Shown here piece after piece: positions 20,408 through 29,612 of a DNA stretch of 64,000 bases (position 1 is its first letter; the number at the start of each line of letters is the position of its first letter). Under the pieces are notes generated by a model. The model was not told the origin of the DNA and searched no databases. It saw nothing but the letters and a program-made list of their open reading frames with translations. Origin of the DNA: an uncultured Chloroflexia bacterium (lineage in GTDB: Bacteria > Chloroflexota > Anaerolineae > JAAYZQ01); NCBI GenBank assembly GCA_963700285.1, contig CAVOXA010000001.1, positions 992,001 through 1,056,000 of the forward strand, read 5' to 3'. The position numbers were made by a program, and so were the translations under genes.

Positions 20408-20818
20408 ATGTCCACTCGTCGCCAGCGCCGTGTTTCAGAACTGATCCACCGTGAGCTTGGCTTGCTGCTATTGCGCCAAGTGCGCGATCCACGCCTGAGC
20501 GGTGTGACGATCACCAGCGTAGAAGTCACTCCCGACCTTTTGCTGGCTCGCGTCCGCTTTTCTGTTCTGGGAGAGCCGGAGGAAGAAGAGGAAGCAATGG
20601 CCGCTTTCCAGCATGCTGGCGGGTTCCTACGTACCCAGTTGGCGGCCAGGGTTCAGTTGCGTTCTGCACCAGAGCTGGTTTTTAGTGTGGACAAGAGCAC
20701 GGCCTATGCGCGGCGCATCGACGAGCTTTTGGAGCAGGTCAGACAGAGCAATGGGCTCGAAGCAAGTGCTGTAGAGCCCATTGAGGGGGATGCCGATGCA
20801 GGGCGAGATCCTGACTAA
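20408..20818 (+). CDS. rbfA: Ribosome-binding factor A
   Basis: RRQRRVSELI, VRDPRL, PELVF; follows infB. Confidence 0.93.
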   Translation: MSTRRQRRVSELIHRELGLLLLRQVRDPRLSGVTITSVEVTPDLLLARVRFSVLGEPEEEEEAMAAFQHAGGFLRTQLAARVQLRSAPELVFSVDKSTAYARRIDELLEQVRQSNGLEASAVEPIEGDADAGRDPD

Positions 20819-21788
20819 CGGGAGTCCAAGCCAGGGTCAGTCGGAGTCCATTGACCGCTTGTTGCAGCAAGCCAGCTGTCCGCTGTTGGTGACGCATGTA
20901 GCTCCTGATGGCGATGCCATTGGCTCACTGCTCGGTCTTGGGTGGTTCTTGCGGGCTCAGGGCAAAGACATCATCATGGCCTGTCAGGATCCTGTGCCTG
21001 AGGTCTATACCTGGTTGCCCGGGAGCAGCCAGATCGTCCAGCAAGGCGACGGCTCCCACGATTTGGTGATCAGCCTTGACTGCAGCGACCGGCGCCGCAT
21101 GGGGGATGTAGGCACGGGAAATGACAGCCTTGTACCCTTGCTCAATATTGACCATCACATAACCAATACCCATTTTGGCTCGCTCAACTGGGTGGACCCT
21201 TCCAGCGTGGCCACGGCTCAGATGGTCCTGACTCTGACGGACGCTTTAGGCTGGGAACTGACTGAGCACGCCGGCGTTTGCCTACTGACTGGGATTGTGA
21301 CTGATACTCGGTGTTTTCGTACGTCGAATGTTGATGTGGCCGCGCTCAGCGCCGTATTGAGGCTGATGGAGTCAGGGGCTTCACTCAGCGAGGTTACCCA
21401 ACGGGTCTTGGAACAACGCCCTCTTGCTTCTGTACGCCTCTGGGGGCAGGCGATAGACCGGCTTCAGTTGCAAGATGGTATTCTTTGGACGGAAATCACT
21501 CAGTCCATGCGTCAGCAGTGGTCGCTGGGCGAGGATGGGGATTCGGGACTGACCAACTTTTTATCCGGAGTACGGGAGTCCGGGATTGTCGTCGTGTTTA
21601 CCGAACGGGATGATGGGACGGTTGATGTGGGAATGCGAGCCAATCCCGGCCAAGATGTGGCGCAAGTCGCCCTCAGACTGGGCGGCGGTGGGCATCCCCA
21701 GGCAGCTGGTTGCACAATCAAAGGGACCCTGCCAGTGGCAAGAGAACAGGTCTTTGCCGAGCTGCGACGCACTCTGCCCATAGACTAG
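20796..21788 (+). CDS. nrnA: DHH/DHHA1 phosphoesterase (NrnA-like nanoRNase/pAp phosphatase)
   Basis: HVAPDGDAIGS, IDHH, GIVTDT, GGGGHPQAAG. Confidence 0.88.
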   Translation: MQGEILTNGSPSQGQSESIDRLLQQASCPLLVTHVAPDGDAIGSLLGLGWFLRAQGKDIIMACQDPVPEVYTWLPGSSQIVQQGDGSHDLVISLDCSDRRRMGDVGTGNDSLVPLLNIDHHITNTHFGSLNWVDPSSVATAQMVLTLTDALGWELTEHAGVCLLTGIVTDTRCFRTSNVDVAALSAVLRLMESGASLSEVTQRVLEQRPLASVRLWGQAIDRLQLQDGILWTEITQSMRQQWSLGEDGDSGLTNFLSGVRESGIVVVFTERDDGTVDVGMRANPGQDVAQVALRLGGGGHPQAAGCTIKGTLPVAREQVFAELRRTLPID

Positions 21789-22157
21789 GCGCAGGCCCTC
21801 AGCGTATCGCATCCTATGCCCAGGGTCTGGAGCCCCACCCTGGACGATACGCTTTCCAACCAAGTCACTTGGAGCTAGCCCATTGTCGACGCTCCTCAAC
21901 ATGATGGCGGGCTACCTGGGGGCTTCACGGCCCAGCTACCGAGGAATAGAATCCAGGAGCGGGCCAGTCGCTATCTGGATCCACAAGAGGGTCCCGTGTT
22001 CCGCTCCGACCTAGGGATCGGGGCGGTTTGTCGTTGGGGTTCTCTTGTGCCTATGCCTGGATGCGAACCAGGTGATTGTCTTGAAGCCAGGCGGCGCCGT
22101 TCGTCGTCCGCATGTGGTGACCCCCGGCAGGTATGGTTACCGGGACCAGGAGGTCAG

Positions 22158-23132
22158 ATGTCTGCAAGAGATTGCGCCAACTGCCCCAAGGCGCAGGTTG
22201 AGCCCATAGCCCGTTGGACGGCGCCCCGGCGCAGAGAACCTCTTTCCGGTATTCTGAATGTAGACAAACCGGCGGGCATGACATCTCATGACGTGGTTGA
22301 TGTTGTGCGACGGATCTCTGGCCAGCGCAAGGTCGGTCATGCGGGTACTCTGGATCCCATGGCAACGGGAGTATTGCTTCTATGCCTGGGCCAGGCCACC
22401 CGTGTGGCAGAGTACCTCGTGGCAGGTCGCAAACGCTACCGTGCGACTATCGTCTTGGGAATGACAACAGATACCTATGACGTGGATGGCGAGATGGCCA
22501 GCAGTGGTGGGCGGACTGACTTTTCTCGAGAGGAAGTTGATGCCGGTTTGGCGGCTTTTTCCGGGCACATCGAGCAAGTACCGCCCATGTATTCGGCCCT
22601 GAAGCGAGACGGACAGCCCCTGTACAAGCTGGCCAGGCGGGGTAAGACGGTTGAACGCGAGCCGCGGCCTGTCGTGATCTATGAGACGACGCTTCTGGAT
22701 TGGGAGGAGCCATCCTTGATCGTGGAAGTCGTCTGCTCGTCTGGGACCTATATCCGGTCCCTGGCTCATGACCTGGGGCAGCGCCTTGGTGGAGGGGCCT
22801 ATTTGGCCTCGCTGGTTCGCCTCAGCAGCGGGAGTTTTGAGCTTGAGGATGCCGTAAGCCTTGCGCGCTTGGAGGAGGCTTTTCAACATGGCCAGGAGAG
22901 CGCATACCTGATACCCAGCGATGAAGCGCTTCTCGATTGGCCCGCTATGGTAGTGGGTGTGGACGAGGTTCGTCGTATCGTGCATGGGCAACCGCTGCCA
23001 GGGGAACAGCCTGCCGCGGCAGAGATGCGACTTTGTCGCGCCTACTCTGTTCACGGCGATTTCCTGGCCATCATGGCCTATGAACCGGAGCGGGGCTGGT
23101 GGCAGCCCAAGAAGGTTTTTGCCTCGGGCTAG
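22158..23132 (+). CDS. truB: tRNA pseudouridine-55 synthase
   Basis: DKPAGMTSHDVV, KVGHAGTLDPMATG, QVPPMYSA, CSSGTYIRSL; AGGAGG RBS before ATG 22158. Confidence 0.96.
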   Translation: MSARDCANCPKAQVEPIARWTAPRRREPLSGILNVDKPAGMTSHDVVDVVRRISGQRKVGHAGTLDPMATGVLLLCLGQATRVAEYLVAGRKRYRATIVLGMTTDTYDVDGEMASSGGRTDFSREEVDAGLAAFSGHIEQVPPMYSALKRDGQPLYKLARRGKTVEREPRPVVIYETTLLDWEEPSLIVEVVCSSGTYIRSLAHDLGQRLGGGAYLASLVRLSSGSFELEDAVSLARLEEAFQHGQESAYLIPSDEALLDWPAMVVGVDEVRRIVHGQPLPGEQPAAAEMRLCRAYSVHGDFLAIMAYEPERGWWQPKKVFASG

Positions 23133-23209
23133 TTCCGGTCTCAAGCCTCTGTGGCCCGTGTGGAAGCGATGGGCTGAACCGAAAACATGGAGCGTAACTC
23201 AACAATCCT

Positions 23210-24646
23210 ATGGACGTGATAGATGATCTGGCCGTACTCGAGCTGCGGCAGGACACTGTCCTGACCATCGGCGTCTTTGATGGGGTGCATCTCGGACACC
23301 AGGCGCTGATTGGTGATATCGTAGGCCGGGCGCGGGCCACCGACCGGCTTGCAGCTCTGGTTACTTTTCACCCACATCCGGCGGCTGTGCTGGCGCCCGA
23401 TCGCGCGCCTCAGTACCTGACAACGCCCGGAGAAAAGGTCGCATTACTGGAAGGTCTGGGTCTGGATCTGATGGTGCTACTGCCCTTTGACCGCTGTGTG
23501 GCTGCCATGCCTGCCTTCGACTTTATGGAAGCGCTTTCCCGGCACCTACGGGTTCGGGAGTTGTGGGTAGGGGCCGGTTTTGCGCTGGGGCGTAACCGTG
23601 AAGGCGATACCATGCGGTTGCGGCAATTGGGCCAGGAGCTAGGATACAATATCCATGTGGTCGAACCCCTGCTCGATGGGGGCGAGACGATTTCGAGCAG
23701 CCGCATCCGTGCTCTTTTGCGCGGAGGCAGTGTGGAGGAAGCTGCACGCTTGTTGGGTCGCTACCCCAGCCTGTCGGGTGAGGTGGTGAGCGGCGCGCAG
23801 CGAGGTCGCGGACTAGGTTTTCCTACGGCCAACCTGCAGATCCGTCCTGAACGGGCGGTACCAGCGGATGGCGTTTATGCTGTTTTTGCGCTCCTGGGCT
23901 CAGAAAGGTACCAGGCGGTGGTGAACGTGGGTATGCGGCCTAGTTTTGACAATGGACAGCGGACTGTGGAGACGCATCTCTTTGACTTTGATCATGACAT
24001 CTATGGCTGTGACCTGGTCATCGAGTTTGTCACCCGGCTTCGTCCCGAGCGAAAGTTTGCCGATATTGCTGACCTAGTAACCCAGATCCAGCTGGATAGT
24101 GCAGAGGCGCGCCGGATCCTGGACAGCGAGCGGCACTCTGGCCGTCTTGCGGTCTCGACGGGAACCTTGGCAAGCTCACGACTGGACCCGAGGAAGGGCT
24201 CAGATCACGCAGCAGATGGTGGCCGACATTCCCTGGCCTGTCGCTACCGGTTTGAGGAGCTGGAACACACCGCTGACCGGGCGATCCGAGTCTGGGGCCA
24301 GGGGCTTTCCGATCTGTTCGTCGGTGCGACGCGCGGGATGTACAGTTTGATGGCAGATCTGGAGACGCTGGTAGCGGCTTCCTGGCGCCAGGTCGAATTG
24401 GAGGGATTGGACCGAGAATCGCTTCTGGTGAGTTGGCTCAACGAGCTTCTCTTTCTCACCGAGAGGGAGGGGCTCTTGTTCGTCGAGGCCCAGATCGAGA
24501 TGCTGACGCAGACAAAGCTGGTAGGGCGGGCCGGTGGGATCCATGGCCCGGTTGCGAAGGCCAGCATCAAAGCAGCAACCTTTCATGATCTTGTGGTGTC
24601 AAGAGATGGTGAAGGTTGGTCAACAGTCATTACCTTTGACGTGTGA
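23210..24646 (+). CDS. ribF: Riboflavin kinase/FAD synthetase fused to a C-terminal archease domain
   Basis: aa ~1-305 RibF (GVFDGVHLGHQ, ISSSRIR, GFPTANL, ETHLFDF); linker of ~35-40 aa; then archease (YRFEELEHTAD, LLVSWLNELLF, IKAATFHDL, C-terminal TFDV). Confidence 0.9.
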   Translation: MDVIDDLAVLELRQDTVLTIGVFDGVHLGHQALIGDIVGRARATDRLAALVTFHPHPAAVLAPDRAPQYLTTPGEKVALLEGLGLDLMVLLPFDRCVAAMPAFDFMEALSRHLRVRELWVGAGFALGRNREGDTMRLRQLGQELGYNIHVVEPLLDGGETISSSRIRALLRGGSVEEAARLLGRYPSLSGEVVSGAQRGRGLGFPTANLQIRPERAVPADGVYAVFALLGSERYQAVVNVGMRPSFDNGQRTVETHLFDFDHDIYGCDLVIEFVTRLRPERKFADIADLVTQIQLDSAEARRILDSERHSGRLAVSTGTLASSRLDPRKGSDHAADGGRHSLACRYRFEELEHTADRAIRVWGQGLSDLFVGATRGMYSLMADLETLVAASWRQVELEGLDRESLLVSWLNELLFLTEREGLLFVEAQIEMLTQTKLVGRAGGIHGPVAKASIKAATFHDLVVSRDGEGWSTVITFDV

Positions 24647-24730
24647 GCTTCAAGGCCCGAGAGCAGGGGGTTAATGCCGCTCTTTTGCCAGCGACAGGCG
24701 CTGGGCTCCGAGCCTGGAAAGGATTGGACG

Positions 24731-26185
24731 ATGGTCGGGAAATCAGACCTGGTGCGGATCAGTGAGTATGTCTGGGAGATTCCGACGAGTTACCGCTCAG
24801 ACATGAGGGTGCCGGCCCGTATCTATGCCAGCGAAAAGCTGCTGGAGCTTGCCTTCCGCGACCACTCCATGGAGCAGTTGGTTAACACGGCGGCCATGCC
24901 CGGCGTGGTCAAGCGGGTGCTGGTCATGCCCGATGCCCACCAGGGTTACGGTCCGCCCATCGGCGGTGTGGTAGCGACCCGCTATCCGGACGGCGTCATT
25001 TCGCCGGGGGCGGTGGGCTATGACATCAACTGCGGCGTCCGGCTCATGGCCTCGGATCTGCTCGCCGAAAAAGTGCGGGATGAGATGGGCGAGCTGATCT
25101 CGGCCCTGTTTCGTAACATTCCCAGCGGTGTGGGCAAAGGCGGTGGCGCGCGCCAGGTAGCAGGTCGGGAGATGGATCAGGTGCTGATCAAGGGTGCGGC
25201 CTGGGCGGTGAAGGCCGGCTATGGCCGGCCCGGAGACCTGGAGCGCCTGGAAGAGGGCGGCGCCATGGCCGGGGCTGATCCCTCGGTCGTGAGTCCGCGC
25301 GCCAAGCAGCGGGGAGGTCCGCAATTGGGTACCCTGGGCTCTGGCAATCACTTTATCGAGATCCAGGAGGTGGTTGAGATCTTTGATGACAGCGCAGCCC
25401 GTGCTTTTGGCCTGTTCGAGGGCCAGCTTGCTGTGGCCATCCATTCTGGCTCGCGTGGGTTGGGGCACCAGGTCTGCAGCGACTATGTCAAGGCCCTGCA
25501 GGGCGCAGTGCAAAAGTACAACATCCAGTTGCCGGACCGCCAGTTGGTGTGTGCACCCCTCGACTCGCCCGAGGGTCAGAGCTACTTCGGGGCGATGGCC
25601 GGGGCGGCCAACTATGCCTGGGCCAACCGGCAGTGCATGGCCCATCTGGCTCGTCAGAGCTTCGAAGAGGTACTGGCCGGCAAGGTCAGAGACTTTGACC
25701 TGCACACGGTGTATGACGTGGCCCACAACATTGCCAAGATCGAGGAACATGTGGTGGACGGCAATGTGATGAAGCTTTGCGTCCACCGCAAAGGGGCCAC
25801 CCGGGCCTTTGGTCCGGGCCACCCGGCAGTGGCCCGTGTCTACCGCGATGTCGGCCAGCCGGTCCTGGTGCCTGGCGACATGGGCACCGCTTCCTATGTG
25901 CTGGTGGGCACCGCCGACGCCATGGAGGAGAGCTTTGGTACCAGTTGTCATGGGGCTGGACGGGTGATGAGTCGCACAGCTGCCAAGAACAAGATCCATG
26001 GCGGGACGCTGCGCCAGGAGCTGGAGGCGCGGGGCATCCACGTTCGGGCGGGCAGCATGGCTGGTCTGGCCGAAGAGGCGCCCGATGCCTACAAGGACAT
26101 CGACGCGGTCATCGAAGTGGTGCACGGCGCCGGGCTGGCACGCAAAGTGGCCAAGCTGCGCCCTCTGGCAGTGATGAAGGGTTAG
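24731..26185 (+). CDS. rtcB: RtcB RNA 3'-phosphate ligase (archaeal/eukaryote-like type)
   Basis: [56 protein letters not shown]. Confidence 0.97.
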   Translation: MVGKSDLVRISEYVWEIPTSYRSDMRVPARIYASEKLLELAFRDHSMEQLVNTAAMPGVVKRVLVMPDAHQGYGPPIGGVVATRYPDGVISPGAVGYDINCGVRLMASDLLAEKVRDEMGELISALFRNIPSGVGKGGGARQVAGREMDQVLIKGAAWAVKAGYGRPGDLERLEEGGAMAGADPSVVSPRAKQRGGPQLGTLGSGNHFIEIQEVVEIFDDSAARAFGLFEGQLAVAIHSGSRGLGHQVCSDYVKALQGAVQKYNIQLPDRQLVCAPLDSPEGQSYFGAMAGAANYAWANRQCMAHLARQSFEEVLAGKVRDFDLHTVYDVAHNIAKIEEHVVDGNVMKLCVHRKGATRAFGPGHPAVARVYRDVGQPVLVPGDMGTASYVLVGTADAMEESFGTSCHGAGRVMSRTAAKNKIHGGTLRQELEARGIHVRAGSMAGLAEEAPDAYKDIDAVIEVVHGAGLARKVAKLRPLAVMKG

Positions 26186-26277
26186 AGCCTAGCGCACCAG
26201 GGCACTGGCGCTGACGGATTCGGGAGACTGGAAGGAGTGCCTCTGCAGGGGAGGCTTTCACTCGTTGGAGTCTGGGC

Positions 26278-26997
26278 ATGGAGATTGATGGCCAGTTGGT
26301 TGAAGGGCGTTTCTTGTCCCGTGACAACCGGTTTCGGGTGACGGTAGAGGTGGATGGACAGGGTGTGTGGGCCCACCTGGCCAACTCGGGACGGTTGGGG
26401 GAACTGTTGGTGCCCGGTCGCCGGGTTGTCTTGGTCGAGCGTGCCGGCGCCCAGCGCAAGACCGGCTATGACTTGAGCGCTGTTTGGATGGATGATGCCT
26501 GGGTCTCGGTCGATGCCCGGCTGCCCAACGACCTGGTCGCCGATGCCCTGGATGCGGGCAAGCTTGGCCCTCTGGCTGGCTACCCGACAGTACGGCGCGA
26601 GGTGACCTTTGGCCGCAGCCGGCTGGATTTCCTGCTGGGGGCCGAGGATAGGCAGCCCTGCTTGGTCGAGGTCAAGTCGGTCACGTTGGTCGTGGATGGC
26701 TGGGCTTGTTTCCCGGATGCGGTGACCTTGCGGGGGCGGCGGCACCTGCAGGAGCTTGTTTCGGCCGTCGAGATGGGATATCGGGCGGTGGTGCTCTTTG
26801 TCGTCCAGCGCGACGATGCCCGGGGGCTGCGGCCCCACGACGAGTCGGACCCTGGTTTTGGCCAGACCTTGCGGTCCGTGGCCCAGCGCGGCGTGGAGGT
26901 CTATGCTTATGCCTGCCGTATTGAACCGGGACGGGCGATGATTGCCCGGCCCCTACCGGTCAATCTGGAATCTCTATCTGCAGTGCGGGAGAACTGA
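26278..26997 (+). CDS. sfsA: SfsA family DNA/RNA-binding nuclease-fold protein
   Basis: RDNRF, HLANSGRL, SRLDF, EVKSVT, FPDAVTLRGRRHL. Confidence 0.93.
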   Translation: MEIDGQLVEGRFLSRDNRFRVTVEVDGQGVWAHLANSGRLGELLVPGRRVVLVERAGAQRKTGYDLSAVWMDDAWVSVDARLPNDLVADALDAGKLGPLAGYPTVRREVTFGRSRLDFLLGAEDRQPCLVEVKSVTLVVDGWACFPDAVTLRGRRHLQELVSAVEMGYRAVVLFVVQRDDARGLRPHDESDPGFGQTLRSVAQRGVEVYAYACRIEPGRAMIARPLPVNLESLSAVREN

Positions 26998-27000
26998 CGG

Positions 27001-27885
27001 ATGCTCCATCGACTCATGGCCTTGCGGTTCGTACTCCTTTTTTGCATATTGCTGGTTGTTCTCTCCGCCTGCGGTGCTGGAGAGCCTACACTGACGCCTG
27101 AGGTCCGGGTTGTTGACTCTGAGCTGACCATTACGTCCACCCCCCGCCCTTCGCCGGCTTTCACTCCCACCCAATCCCTGACGCCTACTGCGACTCCGCC
27201 GCCCAGCGACACCCCGACGGCGGTGCCTACGGCGACCGCCACGCCTACGGCGACCGCCACGCCTACGGCGACCGCCACCTACACGCTGGAACCCACCGCT
27301 ACCCCGACGGTGGTACCTCCGACCGTCACCCCTGTGCCCTCGACGGCAACGGCCACGATCCCACCCGCCAGCCCGACGGCCACTGCGCTGGCGCCGACGG
27401 CGGAACCCCCGAAACCTGCCCCCACCTCCAGCGTGGAAGATGGCTACCGCTTTGACATCACGCTGCAGCGGATGCTACACATTGACGAGAACGGTGGCGA
27501 TGTGGGCAACCACAACATTTATGTGCATGTCTTTGATGCCCAAGGCAATCCACTGAACGGGGTGGTCGTTTGTCGTGTCTACGCCCTGCAGCTCCAGCCC
27601 CCGGATCCTCATGCCTGTCGCATCACGGGAGAAACCGGGCCGGGGCGCTTGCACTTTGACGTCTATGCAGGCGACATTGTTTTCGTGGCGACCAAAGACC
27701 CGGAGCACCGCCCTCTGAGTCCCCATACTCGCGGTCTAGAGCAGGAGCCGGCTGCGATGACCGACCTCCAGGAGCTGGTGGACAATGGCTACTGTGCGGA
27801 CGTTGAGGACTGCAAACGGCGTATTCCCATCAACAACCTCGTACGTTTTCACTACTCATATGAGGTCCATTTCAACCAGCGCTAG
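27001..27885 (+). CDS. Lipoprotein with a Pro/Thr-rich linker and an unknown C-terminal domain
   Basis: Lipobox LSAC; about 100 aa of TPTAT repeats; globular C-terminus. Confidence 0.8.
   Translation: MLHRLMALRFVLLFCILLVVLSACGAGEPTLTPEVRVVDSELTITSTPRPSPAFTPTQSLTPTATPPPSDTPTAVPTATATPTATATPTATATYTLEPTATPTVVPPTVTPVPSTATATIPPASPTATALAPTAEPPKPAPTSSVEDGYRFDITLQRMLHIDENGGDVGNHNIYVHVFDAQGNPLNGVVVCRVYALQLQPPDPHACRITGETGPGRLHFDVYAGDIVFVATKDPEHRPLSPHTRGLEQEPAAMTDLQELVDNGYCADVEDCKRRIPINNLVRFHYSYEVHFNQR
27224..27279 (+). repeat. 18-bp coding tandem repeat (about 3 copies) encoding TPTATA
   Basis: GCCTACGGCGACCGCCAC x3. Confidence 0.85.
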
Positions 27886-27989
27886 TGCGAGAGGGCTGGA
27901 AATCGCATACCGTTCGCAGTGCAGATGCCAGCCCCTGTCCCTCTGCAAAATACCAGCCGCCTGCCCAAAATACCTCAACGAGTCCGCCT

Positions 27990-28500
27990 TCAGCGCAACA
28001 TTTGGTCGAGTTCAGCAAATGCCGTCCGAGCCATCAGGCCGAGACTGAGGGGCGTCACGGACTCTGAATGGTTGTAATGGTATTTTTAGTCGGTCTCCAG
28101 GCTGCAGGGCTGGCACGCCACCGTCGGCGGCTTCCAGCGCTTCGCTTACCGTGCCGGATGTGGTGATTCCCGAGCCGACGTTTTCGCCAAAATTGATGCC
28201 CGAAATACAGAGCGCTGGCCGTCGGGGAACCAGTTCCAGCAAGGCGTACAGGACCGCCTGGGCAGGCGAGCCGTGAATGGCATAGGCCGGCACGCGCCGG
28301 TGGTCGACAGTGTAGGCTATGACGTGGATGGCACCGTCGTTGAAGGTGGGCAGGCTGCGCCCAGCGCCCGATTGCTGCTCGCAGGGCGCCGAAACAATGA
28401 CCTCGCCCAAGTTGAGGGCTGCGTGCACTGCCGCGCGCAGCCCAGGGGATTCGATACCGTCGTCACAAGTTGCCAGGATCAGGGGCCGTTCCCTTGACAC
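27990..28500 (-). pseudogene. surE: Truncated 5'/3'-nucleotidase SurE
   Basis: TCDDGIESPG, EQQSGAG, ISGINFGEN, SGTV; frame lost after GGVPAL; the shifted frame reads SLETD*KYHYNHS with an internal TAA; C-terminal part absent. Confidence 0.8.
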
Positions 28501-28530
28501 GATGAGTCTTTTCTCCTTGTGTAGGAAAGG

Positions 28531-28971
28531 CTACCTGCTTTCCAGCCAATTGCCGATGATGATATACCGAAAGCTATGGCCACCCAGGCAGCGTGCCGCC
28601 CCCCACAGCCCATAGAGGATGGTCACAGCCCAGATACCCAGGGGCACGACCATCAGTAACATGCCGCCCCATAAACCGGCCAGCATGGCCTCTTCGGAAG
28701 CCGGATTGGCAAAGAGGGGGACAAAGATCATTGCCATCCACAGAGCTCCCCAGCAGCACCAGGCGGCCATCGTTATCGCGAGAACAATGGTTTGGTAGAC
28801 CAGCGCCTGGAGCGCCTGACCTGTCGCGTAGGTTGATTTCTCTTTCTGGGTCAGCCAGATCACCAGTGCTGCGAGAATCCCACCGATGCCATTGGTGAAC
28901 AGTCCCAGGACAATACTGCCATGGGCCAGCCCTGCCACCGTCCTCTCATCCCGACTAACGGTCTCTTCCAT
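28531..28971 (-). CDS. DUF4870 membrane protein
   Basis: DERTVAGLAH, LVIWL..KEKS, QALQAL.YQ, FRYIIIG. Confidence 0.8.
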   Translation of the reverse strand: MEETVSRDERTVAGLAHGSIVLGLFTNGIGGILAALVIWLTQKEKSTYATGQALQALVYQTIVLAITMAAWCCWGALWMAMIFVPLFANPASEEAMLAGLWGGMLLMVVPLGIWAVTILYGLWGAARCLGGHSFRYIIIGNWLESR

Positions 28972-29054
28972 GCTTTTGCTGTCCTCCTCGTTCTTCAATA
29001 CCGAATGTGAACCAGCCTGCGACTGTTGCGCCTCCCAACCAGAACCATCGATAT

Positions 29055-29567
29055 CTAGTTCGCGGAAGCTGCGGATGTGGCTGCGACGGTGGCAGCCTCT
29101 TCCTGACCGCGGGTGTGGACCAGGTAGTACGCAAAGACTACCAAGTTTTCATCCAAGGGACTGGTGACGGTCAGATAGGCCCCTTCCCGGAAGATGCCGC
29201 GCGGCCTGATCTCAAGCAACCTGGCGCCTGTAGCGTCCGTCAGGTACCAGCCATCCTTCAGGATGCCTTCGGGCCGCAACCGGTACTGCTGTCCCTCAAA
29301 GTCGATGATCAGGTCACGGCCAAAGACTCCCGGGCGATCAGCGGAGCCGCGTACGGTACCTCCATCCAGCATCTCATGGGCGGTCCCAAGCCAGTGTACC
29401 TTGTGCATCACCAACTCGTGGCCATCCTTTCGGCGAAAGGTACCCTGATCGCTGAAGGCAGGAAAGACGAGTTCGCCCCGGTTTCCGGAAGGTGTGTCAA
29501 AATAGTGGTGGGTCGTGAAAAATCCGGTGGTGTTTACCTCGATCTCATGGAGCAGGGACTTTGCCAT
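29055..29567 (-). CDS. Hypothetical protein (weak LURP-one/tubby-like pattern)
   Basis: GGAGG RBS; beta-rich repeats followed by a terminal hydrophobic helix; in an operon with its neighbours. Confidence 0.55.
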   Translation of the reverse strand: MAKSLLHEIEVNTTGFFTTHHYFDTPSGNRGELVFPAFSDQGTFRRKDGHELVMHKVHWLGTAHEMLDGGTVRGSADRPGVFGRDLIIDFEGQQYRLRPEGILKDGWYLTDATGARLLEIRPRGIFREGAYLTVTSPLDENLVVFAYYLVHTRGQEEAATVAATSAASAN

Positions 29568-29612
29568 TCTGTCCTCCATTACCACAACTGGCCACCTTCA
29601 GCGCGGCTATCA

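Noticed and set aside
23133-23209. FMN riboswitch upstream of ribF
   Set aside because: The gap is only ~77 nt and lacks RFN-element conserved sequences.
24797-26125. Long antisense ORFs (e.g. 442 aa opposite rtcB, 515 aa at 37766-39313, 351 aa at 42735-43790)
   Set aside because: These are shadow ORFs expected from high-GC codon bias opposite real genes, with no recognisable motifs.
24731-26185. Intein in RtcB
   Set aside because: The length (~484 aa) and motif spacing are those of an uninterrupted RtcB.
27150-27430. Non-coding repeat array
   Set aside because: It is the Pro/Thr-rich linker coding sequence of the lipoprotein.
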